This document shows, in pieces, positions 23,354-34,313 of a stretch of 52,520 nt of DNA. The DNA comes from Neovahlkampfia damariscottae (taxonomy: Eukaryota). The notes beneath the pieces were generated by a model, which was given only the letters and a program-made list of their open reading frames with translations, had not been told where the DNA came from and searched no databases. The DNA lies in NCBI GenBank assembly GCA_016618085.1, contig JABLTG010000143.1:1-52520 (forward strand), read 5' to 3'. A program made the translations under genes and the position numbers. The first letter of the stretch is position 1. Every line of letters begins with the position of its first letter.

Positions 23354-24823
23354 ATGAAGACGATTTACCTCTATTTGCTCTTTACTCTTGCTTTTTCTGT
23401 ATACTCTCATTCACACTTTGATGTTTTAAGAAAAAATATTCATTCAAAATACAAAAACTCAGTGAAACTTGATGAAAACTATACTCTTTTGTGGAAATTA
23501 TCAAACCAAAATAAAACAGTCAACTTTGCTATTGATTGTAAAACAACAGGTTGGGTAGGAGTAGGTTTCAGTTTACATGGTAAAATGGCTCCTTCTTCAG
23601 ATTTTTTTATGGCGTATATTGACACAAAAGGGAAAGTTCATGCTTCTGACAGATATTCACTTTCAAGAGTAGAACCAAAAACTGATGTTGAATTGGGTGG
23701 TACTGAAGATTTTAAATTAGTTTCTGGTAGAGAAGAAAATGGAAGATACCTTTTTGAATTTTCAAGAGACGCTGTTACAAAAGACAGATTTGATATTCCA
23801 ATTCAATTGGAAGGACATACAAATTTAATCTGGGCATACAGTGATAAAAAGCCAGTTAATATAGGTGATCCTTTATCATTCCATAACAGATTTGGTTCAA
23901 TTGAAGTTACTTTTGGAGAACCAGCACGTGAAAGACCTTTACCTGATAAAGATGTTGTTAAAACACCTATTCAATTTGACAACTACAAACTAACGGGAAA
24001 ACATACAGAATATGTTTGTAAAAACTTTAAATATTCAGAATTAGGTTTGAACACTGAAAGTCATGCTGTCAAATTTGAGCCAATCATTGATAATGCTCAA
24101 GTGTTGCATCATATTGTAATTTATGAATGTGACTTTAATGTAAACACAAGTGCACCTGTTTTTGATTGTATTAATGACATGCCAAGATGCGAATTTTCTT
24201 ATATTTGGGCAATTGGAGCAAAAAGTTTTTATACACCAAAAGAAGCTGGAATTAGAGTTGCTGGAAGAAAACTTGACAATATTATTTTACAAATTCATTA
24301 TGATAATCGTGATGAAGATCCAAAACATATTGATTCTTCAGGTATTATGATGTACTCAACACCACATTTTCGCAGATATGATGCCGGAGTTTTATCACTT
24401 GGAGTTCCATTGGGTCAAATTAGAATCCCACCAAAACAACAACAATATTCAATTTCAAATATTTGTCAAAATTCATGTTCAACAGATAAGATCTTTCTTT
24501 TTGGTTATTTATTACATATGCATTTAATTGGATCTGAAATTGAAACAAGAATTCACAGAAATGGAAGAGAGATCAAAGTTATTGAATTAAAGGATTGGGA
24601 TTTTGATCGACAAGAACAAGTAGCTCTTGAAGAAGAATTTCCAATTTACAAAGATGATTTGTTCTTTACTAAATGTAATTATAATTCAATGAGCAGAACA
24701 AACGTAACAAGAGGTGGATTGCCTTCAACTGATGAAATGTGTTACAACTTTCTTTCATATTATCCAAAAAATAATGGACCTGCACATTGCTATGGACATC
24801 GTTGTATTGGTTGGAATCCATAA
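23354..24823 (+). CDS. DOMON + copper type II ascorbate-dependent monooxygenase (DBH/MOXD1-like)
   Basis: Signal peptide; DOMON (TTGWVGVGFS..GKM..SD); copper ligands LHHIVIYEC, QIHY, HMH and DEMC. Confidence 0.93.
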   Translation: MKTIYLYLLFTLAFSVYSHSHFDVLRKNIHSKYKNSVKLDENYTLLWKLSNQNKTVNFAIDCKTTGWVGVGFSLHGKMAPSSDFFMAYIDTKGKVHASDRYSLSRVEPKTDVELGGTEDFKLVSGREENGRYLFEFSRDAVTKDRFDIPIQLEGHTNLIWAYSDKKPVNIGDPLSFHNRFGSIEVTFGEPARERPLPDKDVVKTPIQFDNYKLTGKHTEYVCKNFKYSELGLNTESHAVKFEPIIDNAQVLHHIVIYECDFNVNTSAPVFDCINDMPRCEFSYIWAIGAKSFYTPKEAGIRVAGRKLDNIILQIHYDNRDEDPKHIDSSGIMMYSTPHFRRYDAGVLSLGVPLGQIRIPPKQQQYSISNICQNSCSTDKIFLFGYLLHMHLIGSEIETRIHRNGREIKVIELKDWDFDRQEQVALEEEFPIYKDDLFFTKCNYNSMSRTNVTRGGLPSTDEMCYNFLSYYPKNNGPAHCYGHRCIGWNP

Positions 24824-24908
24824 GAATAAAGAACTTGAATCTTTTTCAGTAACTGTTGCTTTCAATACGTTCGATTGGGGGATTCCATTGAAAAACACAG
24901 TCAACAAG

Positions 24909-24981
24909 GCCCGGCTAGCTCAGTCGGTAGAGCGTTAGGCTTTTAACCTAACGGTCGCGGGTTCGAGCCCCGCGTCGGGCT
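24909..24981 (+). tRNA. tRNA-Lys(UUU) copy 3
   Basis: Identical cloverleaf followed by a T-run terminator. Confidence 0.98.
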
Positions 24982-25427
24982 GAAATAACTTTTTTATTCA
25001 TGGAAATTATCATTTTTGATGTTCTGTGTGAATTCCATTTTCCAGAGAGTATTGGATTTACCCTCAAACTATTTATGATCATAGGTTCCTTCTGAAGCAA
25101 AGAACATAATTCCAAGAGAAGATTATCCAGAAATTACTTTTTCACCATATTCCAATGAAGAATATATCGGAAGAAGCAGAAAAATTAAAAAAAAAAGATT
25201 TAATATTTTTTGAGAATTGACAAACTGACAAAGATGTGACAAAAAAAAAAAACTGAAACTATTCCAGTAAACAAGTTGGATTTTGTATCAAACAATTTGA
25301 TTCAAAATATGAAACATTAACATTAAAGAATGCAATTCCAGTTGATCCAAATTTTCCGAAAACAGCAACAACAAGATTCAGAATTTTGTGAACAACAGGG
25401 TTATATTTAGAACTGACATTAATAAAT

Positions 25428-25500
25428 GCCCGGCTAGCTCAGTCGGTAGAGCGTTAGGCTTTTAACCTAACGGTCGCGGGTTCGAGCCCCGCGTCGGGCT
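25428..25500 (+). tRNA. tRNA-Lys(UUU) copy 4
   Basis: Identical cloverleaf followed by a T-run terminator. Confidence 0.98.
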
Positions 25501-25854
25501 ACTATAATTTTTGCTTAGTCTTAACTTGAGTCAAAATAATTGTGACTATCGAATTCATCGAGATAGACCCTAAAAAAAAATGAAGATTGTATCACCAAAT
25601 TCCTAAAACCTTACCACTTTACGATGAATTTAATTTTTACCAATGTGGATTCATGATTGGAGGCTATTTTTAATCTCAAATCATCATCAACAACAACAAA
25701 GGTGAGCAACAAGAAATTATTATGAAACCACCATTATGCTATCTTGTTCAAATCCTTTTTTTGGGATTGCAAACATTTTTTGAACGGAAATCAATTCTTC
25801 GTTGTCAAGAATTTTTCTCCATGTGGTGAAAGAATTTTTGTTTTTATAAAAACT

Positions 25855-28800
25855 TTATTTTAATCGTTTTTCCATTGGTTGCAGTCTTTCAACTTTTTTA
25901 CTTTTGCCATCTGCCATTTTATAATAATTTCCGGAGTATTCAATCAACCATTTTGGATCAATTTTAATAATATCTCTCATATATTCCTTTGATGTCATCA
26001 CCAATTGATGATATATAACCCAGTCAGGATTTTTTTGAAACAAAGAACTTGAGGGATGAATAAACACATTTTGTTGTTCAACCAGTGTTTTATATCCTTC
26101 TTGAGGATCTTTTCTTGCAGCATGTGTGAAAAATCCACTTGTAATTGCTTTTCTAATCTTTGTTGATTTTCCTGAAGAAATTATGTCTAATTTGAATCTA
26201 TCCATAATATTGATTAATTGACTTCGAATTTCTTTAGCTCTTCTCAAAGATCTTGCTTGAACAAAATGATCAAAACACCATTGTTGTGAAAAATCTGATT
26301 TCTCCCATGCTTGATAAATTGCTAACAAAGATAAATGATCACCATCTGAAGAATTGAACATTTGTTTCTTTTCATCTGCAAGTTGTGCTTTATCTTTTGG
26401 TCTGTAATAAATATTGTCCACTGAAAGCATTGAAACAATTGATAAAATTTCATCTGAGCATTTCAATTCAACTGATTTTATCAATACCTTTGATAATTGA
26501 GGTTCAAGTGGGAATTCAGCCATTCTTCTTCCTAATTTTGTTAAAAGGCCTTCATCATCTAAAGCTCCTAATGAGAACAATTGTTCCATTGCAGAAATCA
26601 ACAATTGACTTGGTGGAGGATCCATGAATGGAAATGATAATAAATCATTGATACCCATTGCTTTCAACATCAAAACAACATTTCCTAAATTTGTTCTTTG
26701 AATTTCTGGAACTGATGTTTGAAGCATTTCATTCTTGTAAGCAATTTCAGTGTATAATCTGTAACATTTTCCAGGTGCAATTCTTCCAGCACGACCACTA
26801 CGTTGGCGAGCTTGTGCTTGTGAAATAGGTGTCACAACCAATTGTTCAACTCCAGTCTTTGAATTATAAACATTTTGTTTTACAAAACCAGGATCAATCA
26901 CGAATAAAATGTTATCAATTGTAATTGAAGTTTCTGCAATATTGGTAGCAATAACTACTTTTCTGGTTCCATCTGGAGCAGGATCAAAAATCTTTGATTG
27001 CATTTCTGATGGCAAAGCACTATAAACTGGTAAAATCATCAATTCCGGAACTTCATTTCCAAGTGATTTCATTCTTTCATATAAAACTTCACATGCTGTA
27101 TCAATTTCCTCTTGACCAGTCAAAAACAATAAAATATCTCCTGGACCTTCATTTAAATGAATTTGCAATACAGTAACCAATGCAGCATCTAAATAATCAC
27201 TTTCTGGTTCTTTGGTGTATAAAAGTGTAACTGGAAAAGCATTTCCTTGAATTCTAAAAATTGGACATTCTCCAAAGAATTTAGCAAATTTTTCAGCGTC
27301 TAAGGTGGCAGAAGTGACAATTAATTTCAAATCTTTTCTGACACTTAATAATTTTTTACATAATCCAAATAAGACATCTGTATGAATTGATCTTTCATGA
27401 GCTTCATCTAAAACAAGTACACTGTAATTTGACATCATTCCGTCATTCAGAGCTTCTCTTAATAACATACCATCTGTCATATATTTTATAACAGTTGATT
27501 TACTTGTTCTGTCTTCAAATCTAATGGTATAACCAACTTCTTGTCCAACTTTACATCCAAATTCTTCACTAACACGTTTAGCAACAGAAATAGCAGCAAC
27601 ACGACGAGGTTGAGTACAACCAATTATTCCTTTCTTGGTATATCCCGCTTCTGCAAGATATTGTGTCAACTGAGTTGTTTTTCCTGAACCAGTCTCACCA
27701 ATAATTACAATAGTTTGATTCTGGTCAATTGCAGTTAGCAATTGATCTCTAACTTTGAAAATAGGAAGTGATTCTCTTGTATCTTTAATGGATGAAAATT
27801 TTTTCTTTCCCATTTTCTCCAATTTGACCATTGTTTCTTTTTTCCATTCAGGCATTTGACCACCTGATGTATCACCAATTAATTTCAAATTTTCTTGAGT
27901 GAGTTCAGAAATTTTTTCTTTTGTTGGTTTGTCTGTATCTTTTAATGAATTTTTTTGACTTTGTCTCAATAATCTTCTTTCTTGTGCTAATGATGATTGA
28001 GCTTGAGATGCACGTTGTAATGAACCTTCAGGTGCTTTTATAATCTTTGTTGGTTCATGATGAACTCCAGAATTCATTGTTTGTCCTTTCAAAAAATTTG
28101 GTTCATAATCCTTCTTTTCAATTTCAATTTGTTTTTCATCATGTGTTGAACTAATCATACCCACTTTTTTGTCATATGCAGGATGTTCTTGAATATCCAT
28201 TGCACCTGAATTCACCATTTGATTCACTTCAAATAATTCATAAGCTGTTAATGGTTTTAATGAAGTATTTTGAGATTCATCTTCATCTGAAGAATCATCA
28301 TCTATTTTACGAATAGGTTTTGATGGATTTGATCTTGAAAAATCTTTTTCTCTTTGTGATTTTTTGAATAAGTCTTCACCTGTTTTTTGATCAACTTCCT
28401 TCATTGATAAACTAATTTTTGAAGCAACAATTTGAAGTACTTTAACATACACTAAATCACCTCTGTTAACTTCTTCTGAAACTGAAGTAATTCTTCTGTT
28501 TTTGATTTGTGAAATATGACATAATCCTTCTTTGTTTGGTTTGACTGTTTCTCCCTTTGAATTTTTCAATAAAACAGCAAAAAAACCAAAATCTTTGACT
28601 GATGTTATTTTGCCAAAATATATTTCATTCACTTCTACATCAACAGGTTTGGTATATTTCTCTTGTTGTAATTTTTTTTTTTTTTTTTCATATTCTTCTT
28701 CTTCTTCTCTAAGACGTTTTTTTCTTGATTTTTCTTCTTTTAATTTTTTTCTTTCAAGTTCTTCTGGAGTTGTTTCTTCAAGTTTTATCGGCTTTGAATC

Positions 28801-29091
28801 TGGTATAGCTAAAGAGAGCAATACTGGAGTTTCTTCTTTTTTGAAATTGGTTTTTTTGAGTTCTTTTGGTTTCATTTTTTGTATAATCTGATATAAATTT
28901 TCGGTAAAATTAGAAGGAAACTCTGCTCCGTTTTCTGCGAGATTTTTTTTGAATTCATTTGGATTTTCGCTTGAATTTCCGAGTTCTATTATAAATTCTG
29001 ATAAAGTTTTATCATCAAGACCAAGTTGATTTCCTAATTCTGTGCAAACTTTGTTCACCAGTGAATACTTTTGTAATGTTAGAAAGTTCAT
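25855..29091 (-). CDS. DHX8: Pre-mRNA splicing DEAH-box helicase Prp22/DHX8
   Basis: N-terminal PWI-like region, S1 domain, GETGSGKT, DEAH, SAT, QRSGRAGR, HA2/OB. Confidence 0.97.
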   Translation of the reverse strand: MNFLTLQKYSLVNKVCTELGNQLGLDDKTLSEFIIELGNSSENPNEFKKNLAENGAEFPSNFTENLYQIIQKMKPKELKKTNFKKEETPVLLSLAIPDSKPIKLEETTPEELERKKLKEEKSRKKRLREEEEEYEKKKKKLQQEKYTKPVDVEVNEIYFGKITSVKDFGFFAVLLKNSKGETVKPNKEGLCHISQIKNRRITSVSEEVNRGDLVYVKVLQIVASKISLSMKEVDQKTGEDLFKKSQREKDFSRSNPSKPIRKIDDDSSDEDESQNTSLKPLTAYELFEVNQMVNSGAMDIQEHPAYDKKVGMISSTHDEKQIEIEKKDYEPNFLKGQTMNSGVHHEPTKIIKAPEGSLQRASQAQSSLAQERRLLRQSQKNSLKDTDKPTKEKISELTQENLKLIGDTSGGQMPEWKKETMVKLEKMGKKKFSSIKDTRESLPIFKVRDQLLTAIDQNQTIVIIGETGSGKTTQLTQYLAEAGYTKKGIIGCTQPRRVAAISVAKRVSEEFGCKVGQEVGYTIRFEDRTSKSTVIKYMTDGMLLREALNDGMMSNYSVLVLDEAHERSIHTDVLFGLCKKLLSVRKDLKLIVTSATLDAEKFAKFFGECPIFRIQGNAFPVTLLYTKEPESDYLDAALVTVLQIHLNEGPGDILLFLTGQEEIDTACEVLYERMKSLGNEVPELMILPVYSALPSEMQSKIFDPAPDGTRKVVIATNIAETSITIDNILFVIDPGFVKQNVYNSKTGVEQLVVTPISQAQARQRSGRAGRIAPGKCYRLYTEIAYKNEMLQTSVPEIQRTNLGNVVLMLKAMGINDLLSFPFMDPPPSQLLISAMEQLFSLGALDDEGLLTKLGRRMAEFPLEPQLSKVLIKSVELKCSDEILSIVSMLSVDNIYYRPKDKAQLADEKKQMFNSSDGDHLSLLAIYQAWEKSDFSQQWCFDHFVQARSLRRAKEIRSQLINIMDRFKLDIISSGKSTKIRKAITSGFFTHAARKDPQEGYKTLVEQQNVFIHPSSSLFQKNPDWVIYHQLVMTSKEYMRDIIKIDPKWLIEYSGNYYKMADGKSKKVERLQPMEKRLK

Positions 29092-30164
29092 CGTTTGGCT
29101 TGATGGAGTTTGTTGAATTTTCGAAGCAAATCATTGGACATTTCAACTAGAAAGAATTTGTTGAAGAAAAAAAAACCCAAATTCATTTAGTTTTTTCTTT
29201 GAGAGAATCCAACAAAAAGTTTATTCTTTGACCAATCGCAAAATTTACAGTTATTTTTTAATGTGCAACAAGACCAGAGGACAAAGGAATAAAGAAACAA
29301 GTCATCAAGTGAAGTTTCGTATTTCAATTTATTTTGCAGAAATCGATATAGATATTGTGACTCATTAATTTTATTATATACAGAACATCAAAGTTATTCA
29401 AATTTCCATTGTTAATTCATCGACAATATTTAGCAAAACATTGTTTTGAATGATTGATATCTGTTACACTTGGAGTTGTATTTTAATTGTTTGGTTTTTC
29501 CACTTCGAAGATATTGTAAATAGATCTAATTTCAATTTTAGCTAAAAAATTGTATTGCTAAAATTTGGAGGTCTTTCTTAATGATGAGTTATGCTTGAAT
29601 TCATGAAAGTTTAAAAAACAAACAATTGAAGAATTGAGAAGATTTGAAAGTTTCACAAAAACAACTTATTTTATCACCATGGAAGCATGCAAACTTGTGG
29701 GTCGATATCCTTTTAATTAAATAGTTCTTCAATTTTGAAAAAGAAGAAATATTTCAGAAATCACACACTAAATCACAAAATTTCTAAATAATTTAAAAAC
29801 ATCAAATTCCGAAACAGATATCAAAGAAAAGACGAGGTTATTTTTATTAATTTAAAAAAAAACAAAAAACAAAAATTAGGTTTAAATAATTGATATCAAT
29901 TTACTGGAGTACTCCAGTATTTCTCGGAATTATTACCAAATGTCGATACAAAAACTGGCGGTTAAGGAGATTTTTGATTGGAGGATCGTTCATTGTGCAA
30001 ATTTAGAAATCTTCGTCCACTTTTCAACTGGTTCCAAAACCAAAGGAAACATGACTATAAGCATAATAGAACAACTTTTGATTTTGAACAAAAATTGAAG
30101 AAAATTTCCAAATTTGAAGTTATTTATCAACGGACCAATCAACTATTTATACAAAAATCCGAAT

Positions 30165-30617
30165 ATGTCAAAAGCAAAAATAACAAAAGAAAAGATTGAG
30201 AATTGTTACGGAGTACCAATTCATGAAGCTTGTCTGATCCTCAGACTTGAAACTAAAGAACTTCAAAGTCTCTGCAGAGAATATGGAATCAAAAGGTGGC
30301 CAAAGACAAGAAAAAAAACAGAAAACGGAAACGTATTTCAACAGTTCCACTATGACACACATAAATCACATCAGACACAGAAAAAAAAGCTGTTCATCCT
30401 CCCAAATCAAACAAAAATTGGAAACTCAAATTTTTCGATAAGCACACCTCAGCAACAGCAAAAGAATGTTCAAAAGAGATTCAAGAAAGATATGAAATTA
30501 ATGACGATGGAAATTGGTGCAGGGCTCACCAAAGTGTCAGACAAAAGTGTACAAACAGAGGTAAAAGAAGCCAAAAGTGGACAAGAAACTATGAGCATAA
30601 ATAACTTGTGTAATTGA
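30165..30617 (+). CDS. RWP-RK domain transcription factor 1
   Basis: ITKEKIENCYGVPIHEACLIL...LCREYGIKRWPKTRK. Confidence 0.9.
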   Translation: MSKAKITKEKIENCYGVPIHEACLILRLETKELQSLCREYGIKRWPKTRKKTENGNVFQQFHYDTHKSHQTQKKKLFILPNQTKIGNSNFSISTPQQQQKNVQKRFKKDMKLMTMEIGAGLTKVSDKSVQTEVKEAKSGQETMSINNLCN

Positions 30618-30906
30618 TTTTTCTCCAAACTTTAAACGAAATTTCACCTTCAAACTTGTACAAATAATTGAATAAAAGCTTCACAGTTTCTGAAATTAGA
30701 AGGTAGGTTGAGAAACAAGTTGAAAATTTTTTTTTCATTTCCGTAACTTTCTGTTGTTCAAAACAGTTATTTATGAGGAATTCGTGTCAATTTTATCACC
30801 TGGCAAAACTAAAATCTGATTTTCATTTTACCAAATATGGAAATTTTCATCCAATAAACTTATTGGTCAACCAATAAATTACATTTTCTGAACTAAACCA
30901 TCAAAT

Positions 30907-31500
30907 ATGAGCGAAAAACCGAAGTTGACAAAGGAAGACATCGAGAAGTGCTTTGGTTATCCAATTCACGAAGCGTGTTTGATGTTAAAGGTGGAAACAA
31001 AGGAATTACAGAAAATCTGCCGAGAGTTCGACATTAAAAGATGGCCAAAGACGAGAAAGAAGACAGAAAAAGGTGCTGCGTTTCAAGATTTCTCAGTAGA
31101 AAGAAAACCAAACATAACTGTACCAAAGAAAAAGAAGGAAACCACTATTCTTCCGAAAATACTTAACAATCCTCAACCGGAACTAAAGAAATCAGAATCA
31201 AATATATTACCACAGTTTAACGTAGAATACAATAAAAACAAAGTAGCTGCTAAGCCACGAGATGTACAGACTCTAGAAGACGTGGCTGAAGAAGACCAAA
31301 AAAGGATACTTGAACTGGACAAACAGTGGGTTGAAAAGTCAGAAAATGGAAGTAAAATGGAAGAACTAAAAGACAAAGAAGAAACTGTGATTCAAACTGA
31401 AAAGAAAAGCCCAGGTTCACCGAAACAAGACAAAGAAAAGGAACAACCAAAAAAATCTTCAAAAAGTGAAGTAATGAGCATCAAAGAGCTTTTAAACTGA
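30907..31500 (+). CDS. RWP-RK domain transcription factor 2 (tandem paralogue)
   Basis: LTKEDIEKCFGYPIHEACLML...ICREFDIKRWPKTRK. Confidence 0.9.
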   Translation: MSEKPKLTKEDIEKCFGYPIHEACLMLKVETKELQKICREFDIKRWPKTRKKTEKGAAFQDFSVERKPNITVPKKKKETTILPKILNNPQPELKKSESNILPQFNVEYNKNKVAAKPRDVQTLEDVAEEDQKRILELDKQWVEKSENGSKMEELKDKEETVIQTEKKSPGSPKQDKEKEQPKKSSKSEVMSIKELLN

Positions 31501-31738
31501 CCAGCAACAAAATCATTCAGAGTAGATAATTTATACTAAATTTTTTTATTTCATTTGCAGAACTGATAAACTCCGTTTGAAAAAAACACTCAGCATCCAG
31601 AATTCCGGACCAATCAAACTCCAGATAAACTGTTTTCTTTCTGCTTTTTATTTTTGATGAAAATTCTTCATCTTGTTCAATATCAAAGTCATTTTAATTT
31701 TAGAGCTTCTAAAATTGTTAAACATCCAATCAGAAGGA

Positions 31739-33357
31739 ATGAAAATTTTGTGTTTGACATTGTTAAGCTTTTTACTTGTTTTTTCAACTGGTTCTTTTGT
31801 TACTGTTGAAACAAAAAATGGAATGGTCAGAGGATTAAAAACAGAGACAGAAATCTCCTTCCTTGGTATTCCTTTTGCTGAAAAACCTCGAAGATGGTCA
31901 AATCCAGCTCCAAAAAGACATTGGAAACCATCAACTTTTAACGCAACAAATTACGGATTTATATGTCCACAAACAAGAAAATGGGATCCAAGAAATTATC
32001 CAAAACAAGATGAGGATTGTTTAAACCTCAATATTTGGACACCTCCAAATGTGAACAAAAAAAAGAAATTACCGGTTGTAATTTATATTCATGGAGGTGC
32101 TTTTGATTTTGGATTAGGATCAAGAAGAAACTTTAGAGGAAACTATTTCGCCAGTTTAACAAACACAATCCACATTACTTTGAATTATCGTGTTGGAGCG
32201 TTAGGATGGTTAGATGGAGTTGGTGGAAATGGAAATTATGGTTTAATGGATCAACGTATAGCTTTAGAATGGATTAAAGAAAATATTGAAGCTTTTGGTG
32301 GTGATTCAAAAAAAATAACTTTGACAGGTCAATCTGCTGGTGCAATGAGTGTAACATTTTCTCAATATTCTCACTTTTTAGGTTTTAATGCATTTAGTTT
32401 CCACAAAAACACGTCCTGATTTATTTCAAAAAGTTGTATTTTTTGGTTCTCCTTTCGCTATGCTTTACAGAAAAAGAGAACAAAATAAAGATTATATGAA
32501 AAGTTTTGCTATCAATTTAGGATGTAAACAAGATGATAGAGCATGCTATGAACGTCAAAAAATAGAAGATATTCTTAAAGCATCATCTGCATCAATTGTG
32601 CTTCCAAAACCACCATTATTGAATACAAGAAATATTATGCCATGGATGCCAACCATTGATGGTGTTGACATTACAAATCAACCATTGAAATTAATTAAAG
32701 ATGGAAAATTCAAAAAACATGTCGAAGTTTTAGTTGGGTATAACAGAGATGAAGCTGCTGACTTTTTGTTGAAAGCTTATAAAAGAAGCATTCCACATTG
32801 GCAATATAAGACTTTGATGGTACTTTGGATGACATTTCATGCTCCAGAAGTAAAAAATTTCAACTTTTTTAACGAATTTTCTATTTGAATAGGTTTTAAG
32901 AATGTATCCACCAAAAACAGAAGATGGAAGATATACTGCGATTGAACTTGGAAGTGATTATTATTTCTATTGTTCAGGTGTTTCATTGACTGAAGAATTG
33001 GTTAAACAAAATATTAATGCTTCCATTTTTGTTTTGAATCATTCACCGAATGTGGATGTACCAAATGGATTTCCTGCTTGTAGTGGTAATTTTTCATGCC
33101 ATTCTGCTGAATTGAGTTTTGTTTGGGGTACATATCGTTATTATGATGCCAAAAGAACAGAACAAGAAAAAAGAATTTCAACAGAAATGATGAATGCTAT
33201 TGCTGGGTTTGCTCATGACACACCAATTGTTATTCCAAAGTACACATTGGAAAAGAGAGAAGTTTTTGGATTTGGATTGGAATCAAAAATTTTAAAAGAT
33301 TACAGAGGAAAACAATGTAAAATGTGGCATAGAATTGGAGGATATTTCAATCATTGA
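31739..33357 (+). CDS. Secreted type-B carboxylesterase, 3 exons
   Basis: Signal peptide, EDCLNLNIW, HGG oxyanion hole, GQSAG nucleophile, catalytic Glu (NRDE) and His (CHSAEL). Introns ~32351-32381 and ~32849-32892. Confidence 0.93.
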
Positions 33358-33411
33358 ATAAATCCTTTTTTTTTATTGGACAAAACTTAGATTTCTTTGA
33401 CCAATTACATC

Positions 33412-34070
33412 ATGAATTATTTGTTTGTTTTATTACTTGTAGTTGGGTTGTTCTCCCAAGTAATTGGTAATTGAAAAAAAATAAACTCAAACTATTTTTT
33501 TTTAGCTGAATGGCAAACTATTTCCACCACAAAAGAGTTGAACCCAGCAGGAGGACACTCTTTAGATTTCAGTTCACAGGCAACAGAAATTCAATGCAAA
33601 GTATATTGTTCAAGGTCTTGTAATGTTTATTTATTAGATGCAAAAAATCTTAAACTTTTAAAAGCTGGTTCAACTAGTTTTTCCACTTTTCGTCAGACAC
33701 TTGGAACAACTTATTCAGATTATAGCTATACAGTTCGAGGTGATAAGAAATGGAATATTTGTACATGTCACAAATCCTTCAAATACTAATTCTTTAGTTG
33801 CTAACATTGTTCAATGGCAAAACGTACAGCCTCAAGAAACTGATGTGATTAAAATTCTACTCATTGTTTTTTTTGTGATGATTTTAATTTTTATTCTTTT
33901 CATAGCTCTAATTGTAATTTGTGTTTTTATGATAGCTCTGGTTTTGGCGCCATGCGCAGGTAATTGTTTATTTTTTTTCAAGTTTTCAAGTTTGCATGAT
34001 TTGTTTTGATGGACTTGATCTTGGTGGTGATATGGATTTATTCAGGATTTTTGATTTATGTTTGGATTGA
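33412..34070 (+). CDS. Single-pass membrane protein with signal peptide and Cys-containing tail
   Basis: Signal peptide exon, clear introns at ~33467-33505 and ~33960-33990, and a long TM segment. The frame change near 33700-33740 needs either a GTCAG intron (33692-33725) or a frameshift. Confidence 0.6.
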
Positions 34071-34313
34071 AAATTAAAAATAAAAAATTCCTTCACAAAT
34101 ACTATTTTCCAAAAATGTGTATTTGAATCACCAGAATTGAATGAAGGTTCAAAATGAAAAATTTATCCAATAAAACGTCACAATATCGAAAGTTCAGCTG
34201 AAACTTGGTGTACTAAGACAACTCTGATTTAAGTTCAGTTTTCATACGATGATTCCAACAAATTCACGGAAAAAGAAATCGACTTTGTCCAATCAAATCG
34301 CAAATAGACATAA

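Noticed and set aside
25000..25830. Gene-like fragments around tRNA copies 3 and 4
   Set aside because: Multiple stops and frameshifts, no identifiable family; mentioned only as context for the tRNA finding.
25855..25900. Short C-terminus of Prp22/DHX8
   Set aside because: All catalytic and HA2/OB regions are intact; a short tail is plausible lineage variation.
29100..29880. Second microexon array or ncRNA in the long intergenic region
   Set aside because: No periodic splice-site pattern or convincing structure found on either strand by eye.
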